A stretch of DNA of 64,000 bases. Source: an uncultured Candidatus Binatia bacterium. Its GTDB lineage: Bacteria > Desulfobacterota > Binatia > UBA9968 > JAJDTQ01. Shown in pieces: positions 49,354 through 58,311 of the stretch (position 1 is the first letter of the stretch; every line of letters starts with the position of its first letter). The notes under the pieces are model-generated. The model was not told where the DNA came from and did not search any database. It was given only the letters and a program-made list of their open reading frames with translations. The DNA lies in contig OZ251459.1 in the NCBI GenBank assembly GCA_965242525.1, positions 3,712,001 to 3,776,000 of the forward strand, read 5' to 3'. A program made the translations under genes and the position numbers.

Positions 49354-50906
49354 CCGCGGGTGCTTTCTTGCGCACGGTTGAAAATGGCGGCGCTTGCGTT
49401 GTACAGCGCCTCGCTCACGACGCCGTAATCGGTGGGATACATGCCGGTTTCCGGATTGAACGGCACTTCCTCCACGACCGACCCCTTCGGTCGCTTCGTA
49501 GGCTTGAACAGCCACGCGCCGACCTCGTCCGGGCTGAGCGCGACGTCGGCCCCTGTAATTCCCGCCTGCCGGTTCGCGGGCAAGGAAGAAAGTCCGACGA
49601 GGTTGCCGATCTGTTCGAGAAACCACTCGCTGTGCGTCGTCATGACGATACGCACGCCGGCACGAACCAGCCTCGCCAGTTCGAGCGCAAACGCCGCCTG
49701 CATGGCAGGGTGCAGGTGAGCTTCCGGCTCCTCGATGATGAGCAACTCACCAGGCCGGACCACGTACCGCAGATACAGCACGACCGGCGCGAGTTCCGAC
49801 ACCATGGACGAAGCCCGCATCAGCGGCAGGTCGTCCTTCCAGCCCTCGGGGCGATAGGCGAACGTCGGGTAGCCGGTCTCCGAACGCTCCAGACGAACCC
49901 TTCCCTGGAGGATGTTCTTTTCCAGAAACGCCTCGAGCTTGGGCGCCGGTTTCCCGAAAGGACGCCTTGCAACGGGCCTTCCCGGTGCGCTCATTTCAAT
50001 CAGTTGGCTCAGAAAATCCCCCAACACGCCGGACAGCATCGGGACGTCACGAGAAGGGCGGAGTCCTGCGGTCGTGGCGTTCTGGACCAACGTGCTCACG
50101 ACCACCTGATGACTGTGCATGACACCGGTGCGGTCGGCTGGCAGGTAGTACGCGTTTCGGGAGACCGGGCCAAGCAGGGAAGCGAATATGGGCCTCGGTA
50201 AAAACCTCAAGAGGGAGTCCAACTCTTCGTCATCGTCTTCTTCTTCTGTTTGAAACATCCCGAGCTCCATCACATGCGTCACATTTTCGGGCGAAATTCC
50301 GGACGTCAACGAGATTGTCCTGGGAACTTCGCTGGACAAGTGAATTTCTTTCTGGCCGAATTCGAGTTGATATCGAACCTGCCCGGCGTCGGTTTCCTGT
50401 GGAAGATGCATCCTGACGCTTGTACGGGGATGAGTGTCCACACGCCGCACCAACTCACCAAGACGATCGACACCGAAACATCGACATATCTCCTGCTCCA
50501 GACTGCCCTCAAGACCCTTGTACCGTTCCAGCATTTCCCGGATAGATACGGCAAGGTTTTCAGGGAATGTCGGAAGCACGGCGTTTTCCGACACTTTCGA
50601 AAGCCAATCCTTCAGGTTTCTCCGCATTGAAGGAGTGATCGGGCGAACGGGTTCGAACGGCGGCAAACGGATAGAACCACGGAGTAGGCGGTATCCTCGG
50701 CGGTCATAAGGAAAACTATTCTGCCCGCCGAAACACTGGTGCAGGGCGTAGATCAGAATCGCCAAATAGGATTTGCCGGTGTTGCTCGGGCCGATGAACA
50801 CCGTGAGCGGCCGCAGGTCCACGCTGGCTTTGGCGATCGGCCCGAAATTGGTCACGTCGAGGCGATAATCGCCGACTATTTGCGACTCAGGGGCGGACGT
50901 GTTCAT
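49350..50906 (-). CDS. ABC-type ATPase (AAA_15/AAA_21)
   Basis: NFGPI, IGPSNTGKSY, LPADR, ASSMVSE, IIEEPEAHLHP and TTHS motifs. Confidence 0.88.
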   Translation of the reverse strand: MNTSAPESQIVGDYRLDVTNFGPIAKASVDLRPLTVFIGPSNTGKSYLAILIYALHQCFGGQNSFPYDRRGYRLLRGSIRLPPFEPVRPITPSMRRNLKDWLSKVSENAVLPTFPENLAVSIREMLERYKGLEGSLEQEICRCFGVDRLGELVRRVDTHPRTSVRMHLPQETDAGQVRYQLEFGQKEIHLSSEVPRTISLTSGISPENVTHVMELGMFQTEEEDDDEELDSLLRFLPRPIFASLLGPVSRNAYYLPADRTGVMHSHQVVVSTLVQNATTAGLRPSRDVPMLSGVLGDFLSQLIEMSAPGRPVARRPFGKPAPKLEAFLEKNILQGRVRLERSETGYPTFAYRPEGWKDDLPLMRASSMVSELAPVVLYLRYVVRPGELLIIEEPEAHLHPAMQAAFALELARLVRAGVRIVMTTHSEWFLEQIGNLVGLSSLPANRQAGITGADVALSPDEVGAWLFKPTKRPKGSVVEEVPFNPETGMYPTDYGVVSEALYNASAAIFNRAQESTRG

Positions 50907-51137
50907 GTTCGTCTCCCGTATCAACCGTCTGCCGGGAACTGCACGCTGTCTTCAACATCCTCTCGAACCCCAGGCCGGCCGCGGTTTCGCAGAACCGGAT
51001 CTCTTCTTCATCTGCGGTCTGGATGGCGGTCCATTCCTCTTGCAGGAAAGTATCCTCGATACCGCGAACTACGAGCCGCCGAAACGCAGGTTCGCATCCG
51101 ATCGAGCGGCGCCTTCGCGCCGACCCCGTTGGCTCCC

Positions 51138-51166
51138 AGTATACAACCGTCGTCTTTGCCCGTCGA
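51138..51166 (-). promoter_or_regulatory. Sigma70-like promoter TCGACG-N17-TATACT just after the helicase stop
   Basis: Second copy of the unit at 46880-46908. Confidence 0.6.
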
Positions 51167-51208
51167 CCCTGGCTTCGGCCGGGCAAGCGGCCAGGTTTCC
51201 CGGAGCCG

Positions 51209-54200
51209 TCACCCCGGCTCCTCCCCTCGCGCCAGCAGATCGTCCAGCTTGTAGTTGACGCTCACCGCCCCGAAGTCCGGCTCCCGCTCGAAGGGCTCGC
51301 GCACGTAGCGCACCCGGGGTTCCCCTTCGTCCGGGAACACGACGATGGCCAGGATGAAGTCCTCCGGTTTGTTCAGGGCGGTGAGGATCTCGTTCTTGGT
51401 CACCGTGACGCTGTCTGCGTCCGCAACGCGCCCCTTCACCTCGATGAAGCGCAGCCGGCCGGTTCCGGGGACGCGGCTCTCGATGTCGTAGCCGAGCTTT
51501 TCGGTCTCGCGGTCCACCGGCTCGAACCCGAGCCGGCGCTCGACCTCCATCACCACGGCGCGCGCCCGGGCTGCGGACGCCTGGGTGTCCGCTACCCGCG
51601 GCGTTGCCGGGCCTCCTCCGGTCATGGCGGCGACCAGCCCCATGGGCGCGACCACGAGGCCGCCGATGACCACCGGCGGCAACGCCGAAATCCGCGCTTC
51701 GCCGTCGAGTCGGGCCATGCGCCGTTCCAGGCGTTCCTGCAGGTCGTCCGCACGCCGGCGCGCCTCGCCGGAGTTGAGCCGCGCCCCCGCCTTGCCGGCC
51801 TGCTCCTGGAGCTTGAGCTGGTCGGCGCGGTGGTCCCAGTAGGCGATCTCCTTGGTCAGGCGTTCCTTGACCGCGGCCCGGGTCTTGTCGATCCACGCCA
51901 GGCGGCGGTCGCGGACCTCTGCGGCGTGCTCGGGCGCCACGTGGGCGATGGCCTCGCGCCGCGCCGTCTCCTCCAGCCCGGGGGCGATCCACGCGCACTC
52001 GGGCCGGTCGAGGACGTCGGCCGCGGCCGGTTCGCCTTCCGCGAGCGGGCGGTAGTCGAGGTACGGCGCGTGGCGGAGACGGTGCGCGTTTCCGGCGGCG
52101 TCGAGCTCCACGTACAGCATGCGCCGGGAGATCGTGCGGCCCTCGCCGTCCGGCAGGGGACTGGCGTCCCGGATGGCGTGCTCCAAGGTGAACAGCACGC
52201 GGGTGTCGAGTCCGGGGTCGCGTTCGTCCACCAGGACCGCGCCGCGCCGGAGGAGGCCGCGCCCGCGCTCCAGGGTGAGGTCCAGGACGGCGTCCAGGAG
52301 GGGATGCCCCGGGCAGAGGAAGGCGGCGGGGGGTTGCGTTCCCGCGGGAGGGGCGGTTTGGGTCTCCGCGGCGGAAGTTGCAAGCGGGCGGGACGCCCGC
52401 GTTCCCAGGGAGGACGGGGCGGAAGGCTCTTGGGGGCGGGGCGGCGGCGTTCCCGGGGAGGCCGGGCCGGAAGGCTCGCGGGAACGGGCCGCCCGCGTGT
52501 CCGGCGGGGCCAGCAGGGCCTTGTCGAAGACAATGCGCTCGTAGCGTTGCAACACCGGCTCGCCGGCGCCGTTCCGACGGTCCCGGTTGCGTACCGGGGC
52601 GGGGACGTGGGTGACCTCGTAGCGGCGCGGTTCGCGCTGGCGCACGGCGCCGCCGAGGCGGCGGAAGGCTTCGAGGAAGAACGACTCCACGTAGTGCGGC
52701 TGCAACCGGCGGGCCTCGGCGCGTTCCATGTCTTCCCGCACGCGGGCCACGCGGGTCGAATCCATTGCGTCGTGGGCGAGGGCCCGCTCCTCGACCAGCG
52801 CTTGCAGGCGCGGGCGGTCCACCGCCTGGCTCACCGCGCGGGCGAGCCGCGCCCGCACATCGGGACGGTCGCCGTAGCGGACCGCCTCGACCAGCAGGTC
52901 GCGCAGGCGGCTGCCCTCGAACCGGAGCTTGCCGAGCACGTCGAAGACCTGGCCGCCGAGGGCGTGCCGGGCCTGCTCCAGCTTGTCCAGGAGTGTCCGG
53001 TACACGTCGCCCTCGCGGGTCTCCTCCGCCACCAGGTTCCACAGGTGGCAGACCTCGGTCTGGCCGATGCGGTGGATGCGTCCGAAACGCTGCTCCAGGC
53101 GGTTCGGGTTCCAGGGCAGGTCGTAGTTCACCATCAGGTGGGCGCGTTGCAGGTTGATGCCCTCGCCGGCCGCGTCGGTGGCGAGCAGGATACGGACTTG
53201 CGGGTCGTACAGGAACGCCTCCTGGGCCTTGCGGCGTTCTTCCCGGCCCGTGCCGCCGTGGATGACGGCGATGGCTTCGGGGCGGCCGAGGAGCGTCCCG
53301 ATCCGCCGTTGCAGGTAGTCGAGGGTGTCCCGGTGCTCGGTGAACAACACCAGCTTCTGGCCGGGCGAGGGAACCGGCGGCGGGATGGCGCCGCTGCCGT
53401 AGGGGGCGGGGTCTTCGGCCACGTGGCCGCCGGCGTCCAGCCCGGCCGGCGTGAAGACCTCCCCCAGCAGGCTCGACAGTTCCCGCCACTTGGCGTCGCC
53501 GCCGCTGCGGAGTACCTGCCCCGCAAGCGCTTCGAGGCGCTTGAGCGATGCGATCTCGGCGTCGAGCTCCGCGATGGTGCTTGCTGCGGTGGCCTGATCC
53601 AGCACCGCGGCCTCCGCGGCTTCGAGCTCGGCGCCGGGGGCCTCGTCGAGGTCCTCCACGTCCTCGGCTTCAAGCAGCGGCCCGCCGTCCGCAAGGGAAG
53701 GTGCGCCGGGACCCAGGGGGCGCACGTCCTCGGCGTCGAGAGGCGGACCGCCGCCCCTGAAGCCATGCGTCTCCGCGGCGCCGCGCCCTGCGCCGCGTTC
53801 GAGGAGCGCCAACTCCCGCAGTCGGCTTTCCAGCCGTTCGCGCCGCCTTCGCAACGACTGGTAGATGGCCTCCGGGGACGAGGCAAGGCGGCGTTGCAGG
53901 ATGGTGAGGGCAAAGCCGACGGCGCCGGCGCGCTTGTCGTTCTGCAGCGCCTCGGCACGGTTGAACTCGCCGCGCACGTAGTCGGTGACCTCCTCGTACA
54001 GGCGGGCCTCCGGGGCCGAAAGCCGGTAGGGCACGCTGTAGGCGATGCGCTCGGGAAAGAGCGGCCGGCCGTCGAACTTCCGCAGGTTCTCCTTCACCAT
54101 GCGGCGCATCAGGTCGGAGACGTCCACTTGGTGCACTCCGTCCCGGAAGCGGCCCTCGAAGCGGTCGCCGTCGAGCAGCGACATGAAGAGCTGGAAGTCC

Positions 54201-55030
54201 TCCTCCTTGCCGTTGTGCGGCGTCGCCGTCATCAGCAGGAAGTGGCGAGTGAGGCTCGACAGAAGCCGTCCCAGCCGGTACCGCTTGGTGTACTTGACCT
54301 CGCCGCCGAAGAAGGCGGCCGACAGCTTGTGCGCCTCGTCGCACACCACGAGGTCGTAACCGCAGTCCGGCGCCCTGAGCTTGGCCTGGATGTCCTCGCT
54401 TCGGGCCAGCTTGTCCAGCCGCGCGATGGCCAAGTCGTTTTCGAGGAACCAGTTGCCGGTGCGGGCGGCCTCCAGCTTGTCGTTGGTCAGGACCTCGAAG
54501 GGGAGTTGAAAGCGGCGGTACAGTTCGTCCTGCCATTGCTCGGCCAGGTTCCCGGGACACACCACCAGGCAGCGCTGCAAGTCTCCTCGGGCCATCAGCT
54601 CCTTGACGAGCAGCCCGGCCATGATGGTCTTGCCGGCGCCCGGGTCATCGGCCAGCAGGAAGCGGAGCGGCTGGCGCGGCAGCATGGCTTCGTAAACCGC
54701 GGTGATCTGGTGCGGCAGCGGCTCCACCAGCGACGTGTGGACCGCCAGCAGCGGATCGAACAGGTGCGCGAGGCGGATGCGCTGCGCCTCGGACACCAGA
54801 CGGAACATGGCCCCGTCTCCGTCGAAGCTCCACGCGCGCCCCTGCTCGACCACCTCGAGCCGCGCCTCGTCGTGACGGTAGAGCAACTCGTTCGCCACCT
54901 TGCCGCCCGGCGTCTCGTAGGTCAGCTCGATGGCCTCCGACCCGTACCACTGCACGCTGACCACGGTGACCGGACCGTCGGCAAGAACGCCGCGCAGAGT
55001 GGCCTGGGAACGAATGTCTTCCAGTTTCAT
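51209..55030 (-). CDS. SNF2-family helicase with C-terminal DUF3883 (PD-(D/E)xK) domain
   Basis: LLADDPGAGKT, DEAH, TATPH, GEGINLQ and LEQRFGRIHRIGQ; then GYDIES...FIEVKGR...TKNE. Confidence 0.93.
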   Translation of the reverse strand: MKLEDIRSQATLRGVLADGPVTVVSVQWYGSEAIELTYETPGGKVANELLYRHDEARLEVVEQGRAWSFDGDGAMFRLVSEAQRIRLAHLFDPLLAVHTSLVEPLPHQITAVYEAMLPRQPLRFLLADDPGAGKTIMAGLLVKELMARGDLQRCLVVCPGNLAEQWQDELYRRFQLPFEVLTNDKLEAARTGNWFLENDLAIARLDKLARSEDIQAKLRAPDCGYDLVVCDEAHKLSAAFFGGEVKYTKRYRLGRLLSSLTRHFLLMTATPHNGKEEDFQLFMSLLDGDRFEGRFRDGVHQVDVSDLMRRMVKENLRKFDGRPLFPERIAYSVPYRLSAPEARLYEEVTDYVRGEFNRAEALQNDKRAGAVGFALTILQRRLASSPEAIYQSLRRRRERLESRLRELALLERGAGRGAAETHGFRGGGPPLDAEDVRPLGPGAPSLADGGPLLEAEDVEDLDEAPGAELEAAEAAVLDQATAASTIAELDAEIASLKRLEALAGQVLRSGGDAKWRELSSLLGEVFTPAGLDAGGHVAEDPAPYGSGAIPPPVPSPGQKLVLFTEHRDTLDYLQRRIGTLLGRPEAIAVIHGGTGREERRKAQEAFLYDPQVRILLATDAAGEGINLQRAHLMVNYDLPWNPNRLEQRFGRIHRIGQTEVCHLWNLVAEETREGDVYRTLLDKLEQARHALGGQVFDVLGKLRFEGSRLRDLLVEAVRYGDRPDVRARLARAVSQAVDRPRLQALVEERALAHDAMDSTRVARVREDMERAEARRLQPHYVESFFLEAFRRLGGAVRQREPRRYEVTHVPAPVRNRDRRNGAGEPVLQRYERIVFDKALLAPPDTRAARSREPSGPASPGTPPPRPQEPSAPSSLGTRASRPLATSAAETQTAPPAGTQPPAAFLCPGHPLLDAVLDLTLERGRGLLRRGAVLVDERDPGLDTRVLFTLEHAIRDASPLPDGEGRTISRRMLYVELDAAGNAHRLRHAPYLDYRPLAEGEPAAADVLDRPECAWIAPGLEETARREAIAHVAPEHAAEVRDRRLAWIDKTRAAVKERLTKEIAYWDHRADQLKLQEQAGKAGARLNSGEARRRADDLQERLERRMARLDGEARISALPPVVIGGLVVAPMGLVAAMTGGGPATPRVADTQASAARARAVVMEVERRLGFEPVDRETEKLGYDIESRVPGTGRLRFIEVKGRVADADSVTVTKNEILTALNKPEDFILAIVVFPDEGEPRVRYVREPFEREPDFGAVSVNYKLDDLLARGEEPG

Positions 55031-55079
55031 GTTCTTCGGTCTCGCTTCCGGTGGGCGACCGATCCAATCATACCATTAC

Positions 55080-55464
55080 GGAACCCCTGAACAATCGGGA
55101 CAGGGGGCATGAGGCGTCCTTCGACTTCGCTACGCTACGCTCAGGACGAACGGGGACAGGAGTGTCGGCAAGCTCAACGACTCCGGGTATCCCTTCCAGG
55201 CAAGCGACTCTCCCGGGAACGCGGGCGTCTCGCCCGCACCGGCGGCATGCGCCGGTCTCCGGCAGCGCGCTCCCAAGATCTCCGCCGACGCCCACGCCCC
55301 TCGCCCTGCCCCGAGGTTTCATGTATGGAAACCCTGAACGATTACTCCCGTTCGTCCTGAGCATAGTGAAGACCCTCCGTTCGTCCTGAGCGTAGCGTAG
55401 CGAAGTCGAAGGACGCGCTTTCCACAGGCAGATGGGGTTCAAGCCGGAATTGTTCAGAGTTTCC
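55080..55464. repeat. Repeat cluster: partial MITE-A, GC-rich REP-like pair and MITE-B (55327-55464)
   Basis: TIRs and cores as elsewhere; gggaacgcgggcgtctcgcccgc resembles the intragenic REP. Confidence 0.8.
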
Positions 55465-55519
55465 GTAGCGCACTCGTCCGGACGATCATGCGCTCTCGAG
55501 CACCACAGGGAGGCACCCC

Positions 55520-56692
55520 ATGAGCGGCAACCTTCGAGGCAGGTACGCCATTGCGGGAGTGGGGCAGAGCGCCCTGGGCAAGGTCCCGGAGCTTGGCCCC
55601 ATCGGGCTGTTTGCGGTGGCGGCCCGGAACGCCATCGAAGACGCGGGCCTGACCAAGGCGGACGTGGACGGGCTCATCACCCGGGGCCCGGACGACGTGT
55701 ACTGCCACCACCAGCGCGTGGGCGAGGCCCTGGGCCTGGACGTCGCCTACAGCACCTCCACGGACAACGGCGGCGCGAGCCAAGTGCTGGGCGTGGCCAT
55801 GGCCTGCATGGCCATCGACGCGGGCCTGTGCCACACGGTCATCGTCGGGTTCGGACGGGACACCTGGTCCCGGACGCACCGCACCGCGGCCGCCCGCCGG
55901 CGGGTGAGCATCGGCATCCAGAACCAGGGCGAGTTCGGACCGGAGTTCGGCTGGTTCGGCGCCCCGGCCAACTACGCGGTGTCCGCCAGACGCCACATGC
56001 AGCTATACGGCACCACCCGGGAGCAACTGGGGAGCATCGCCCTGGCGTTCCGCGGCCACGCGAGCCGGAACCCCCACGCCTTCTTCCGGAAGCCCCTGAC
56101 CATGGAGGAATACCTGAACGCGCGGCTCATCGTCGATCCGCTCTGCCTCTACGACTGCAGCATCTACATCGACGGCGCCGGCGCGGTGGTGGTGACTTCC
56201 GCGGAACGCGCCAGGGACCTGAAGAACCCTCCGGCCTACGTCATGGGGTTCGGCTTCGGGAACCGTCTCAGCGGCTGGTTCGAGCACGACAACATGCTGA
56301 CCACCGGCGCCAGGGAGGCGGGCGAGGCGGCCTACCGCATGGCCGGCATCGGCCCCGGGGACGTGGACACCGCGCAGCTCTACGACTGCTTCACCCAGAT
56401 GGTGCTGCTCCAACTGGAGGACTACGGCTTCTGCAAGAAGGGCGAGGGAGGCCCCTTCGCCGCTTCCGGAGCGCTGGCCCTGGACGGCGCCCTGCCCACC
56501 AACACCTCGGGCGGACAGCTTTCGGAGGGGCATACCGAAGGGATGCTCCAGATCCTGGAAGGGGTCCGGCAGGTCCGGCGCGAGCACGCGCCCGACCGAC
56601 AGGCCCCCGACGCCGAGGTGGCACTGGTCAGCGGCCACGGCGGCAACACCGCCTGCCAGTCGGCGCTGATCCTGGCGCGGGAGGCGTCATGA
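55520..56692 (+). CDS. Thiolase-superfamily protein (SCP-x/Ltp2-like)
   Basis: AIAGVG, DGAGAVVVTS, QLYDCF and NTSGGQLSEGH motifs; coupled to a DUF35 gene. Confidence 0.88.
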   Translation: MSGNLRGRYAIAGVGQSALGKVPELGPIGLFAVAARNAIEDAGLTKADVDGLITRGPDDVYCHHQRVGEALGLDVAYSTSTDNGGASQVLGVAMACMAIDAGLCHTVIVGFGRDTWSRTHRTAAARRRVSIGIQNQGEFGPEFGWFGAPANYAVSARRHMQLYGTTREQLGSIALAFRGHASRNPHAFFRKPLTMEEYLNARLIVDPLCLYDCSIYIDGAGAVVVTSAERARDLKNPPAYVMGFGFGNRLSGWFEHDNMLTTGAREAGEAAYRMAGIGPGDVDTAQLYDCFTQMVLLQLEDYGFCKKGEGGPFAASGALALDGALPTNTSGGQLSEGHTEGMLQILEGVRQVRREHAPDRQAPDAEVALVSGHGGNTACQSALILAREAS

Positions 56693-57099
56693 GCGACTAC
56701 GCCAAGCCCTTGCCCGTTCCCACGGTGGAGTCGGAGCCGTTCTGGGAAGGCTGCAAGCGCCACGAACTGCTGCTGCCCCAGTGCCGCCAATGCGCCGGTT
56801 ACCGGTTCCCGCCGGCCCCCACCTGCCCGCACTGCTGGAGCACCGAGTGGGACTGGCGGAAGGCCTCGGGCCGGGGCGTCATCTACTCGTTCGGGGTCTA
56901 TCACCGGGTCTATCACCCCGGCTTCGAAAGCGAGGTCCCCTACGTGCTCGCCGTGGTCGAACTGGAGGAAGGGCCGCGGCTCGTGAGCAACGTGGTGGGC
57001 CGGAAGCCGGAAGACCTCCGTTGCGGCCTTCCCGTGGAGGTGGTGTTCGAGGACGTCACCCCGGACGTAACGCTCTACAAGTTCACTCCCGCGGATTAG
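56689..57099 (+). CDS. DUF35 Zn-ribbon/OB-fold protein
   Basis: PFW, CRQC...CPHC, ASGRG and VVELEEGPR motifs; ATGA overlap. Confidence 0.9.
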   Translation: MSDYAKPLPVPTVESEPFWEGCKRHELLLPQCRQCAGYRFPPAPTCPHCWSTEWDWRKASGRGVIYSFGVYHRVYHPGFESEVPYVLAVVELEEGPRLVSNVVGRKPEDLRCGLPVEVVFEDVTPDVTLYKFTPAD

Positions 57100-57268
57100 A
57101 GCCGCCTCTGGACAATCGAGACATCCGGGATGGGTTCCCTCACCCTGACCCTCCCATCCCCGTTCGTCCTGAGCGTAGCGGAGCGAAGTTTCCCCATTCA
57201 TCCTGAGCGTAGCGGAGCGGAGTCGAAGGACGCGCTCTTGCCTCTGTCCCGATCGTGCAGCGGTTCCC
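57100..57268 (+). mobile_element. Degenerate MITE-A with two core units
   Basis: caatcgagacatccgggatgg...; duplicated cctgagcgtagcgg. Confidence 0.75.
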
Positions 57269-57280
57269 GGAGCCGCGCCG

Positions 57281-58021
57281 TCAGCGCGCCGTCTCGGTGA
57301 GCGTCTGGACGAGGGAGTCCGCCTGGTCGTTCCTGAACTTCCCCGAGAACAGGATGTCCGCAGGCAGGATGCCGGGCTGTCCGTAATAGGTCTCGTTGCG
57401 GCTCCGGTTGACGATGACCCCCCCGCCCTCCACGGACAGGCCCCCGAACAGTCCCTTGAGACGGGCAAACGAGAAGATGTCGAACACTTCGGCCTTGGCT
57501 CCGATGCCTTCCGGACCCACGCCGATGCTCGCGTCGGCGCCGAGATGGAGCTTGTCGTCCAGGAACCGCCTCAAGCCCGCATCCGTCATGATCATGAGGA
57601 TGACCTGCCCGGTGGCGAAACCGAACTGGAAACCGATGGATCCCGCGAGCAGGTCGTAGAAGGCCGGCTGGCTCCAGTTGCCGTCCCGGTCCTGGGCCAG
57701 GAGCACGCCGTGGCCGGTGTAACCGCCCACGAAGAAGCCTCCCTTGTACATGGCCGGCACGATCAGCAGTCCCTTGGCGTAACGCAGGTTGGCCCGGAAC
57801 CACGTCATCCGTTCATCCTTCTGGAAGTCCCGGAAGGTCCACAGGGCCCTGGTGACCGTTCTCTCGAGGTCCTGCCTCGCCGTTTCGTCGGAGTCCTGGG
57901 GCGCTGTTTCGTCGGAGTCCTGGGGCGTCGGTTCGTCGGGACCCTGGGGCGTCGGTTGCGCGCCGACCGGCGCCGCGGACAACGTGACGAACAGAAGCAC
58001 GACGGCAAGCGATACGCGCAT
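57281..58021 (-). CDS. Lipid-binding SYLF (Ysc84) domain protein
   Basis: KGGFFVGG, WSQPAF, SIGFQFG and KGLFGGLSVEG motifs; signal peptide; 8-aa tandem repeat PQDSDETA. Confidence 0.88.
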   Translation of the reverse strand: MRVSLAVVLLFVTLSAAPVGAQPTPQGPDEPTPQDSDETAPQDSDETARQDLERTVTRALWTFRDFQKDERMTWFRANLRYAKGLLIVPAMYKGGFFVGGYTGHGVLLAQDRDGNWSQPAFYDLLAGSIGFQFGFATGQVILMIMTDAGLRRFLDDKLHLGADASIGVGPEGIGAKAEVFDIFSFARLKGLFGGLSVEGGGVIVNRSRNETYYGQPGILPADILFSGKFRNDQADSLVQTLTETAR

Positions 58022-58144
58022 AGGGCGCCCCTTCTTCCGGTGTTCTTCCGGTAATGAGCGGCAAGCGTGGACGGCCCGTCTCTCCTCTGCGGGCCAACCG
58101 CTCCCGCTTGCCCGTCTCGGACTCGGCAACCGATTCCGACATTC

Positions 58145-58253
58145 GGAAACCCTGAACGATTCCGGCTCGAACTCCATCTCCCTTCGGGAAAGCGCGTCCT
58201 TCGACTTCGCTTCGCTACGCTCAGGACGAACGGGGTAATCGTTCAGGGTTTCC
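58145..58253. mobile_element. Complete MITE-B
   Basis: 17-bp TIR ggaaaccctgaacgatt/aatcgttcagggtttcc; flanks attc/gttc. Confidence 0.85.
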
Positions 58254-58311
58254 GTTCACCATTCTACCGGGATTCCGATCCAATATCACGCAGAACCGCA
58301 AAAGCCCGCCC

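Larger units (their letters stand above)
33254..55030 (-). other. Defence island: SNF2 helicase / DUF1156 methylase / DUF499 ATPase scaffold with nested accessory genes
   Basis: 12 co-oriented CDS, mostly with defence-type motifs; local GC drops; adjacent to a tRNA 3' end; no integrase seen. Confidence 0.85.

Noticed and set aside
51023-55090. 1355-aa plus-strand ORF and other long antisense ORFs (e.g. 15996-18875, 46845-48995, 2370-4499)
   Set aside because: Shadow frames of real high-GC genes, with no motifs and biased composition
33129-55100. Integrative element with attL/attR at tRNA-Ala
   Set aside because: No duplicate of the tRNA 3' end found by eye at the far boundary and no integrase present; the adjacency may be a remnant or coincidental
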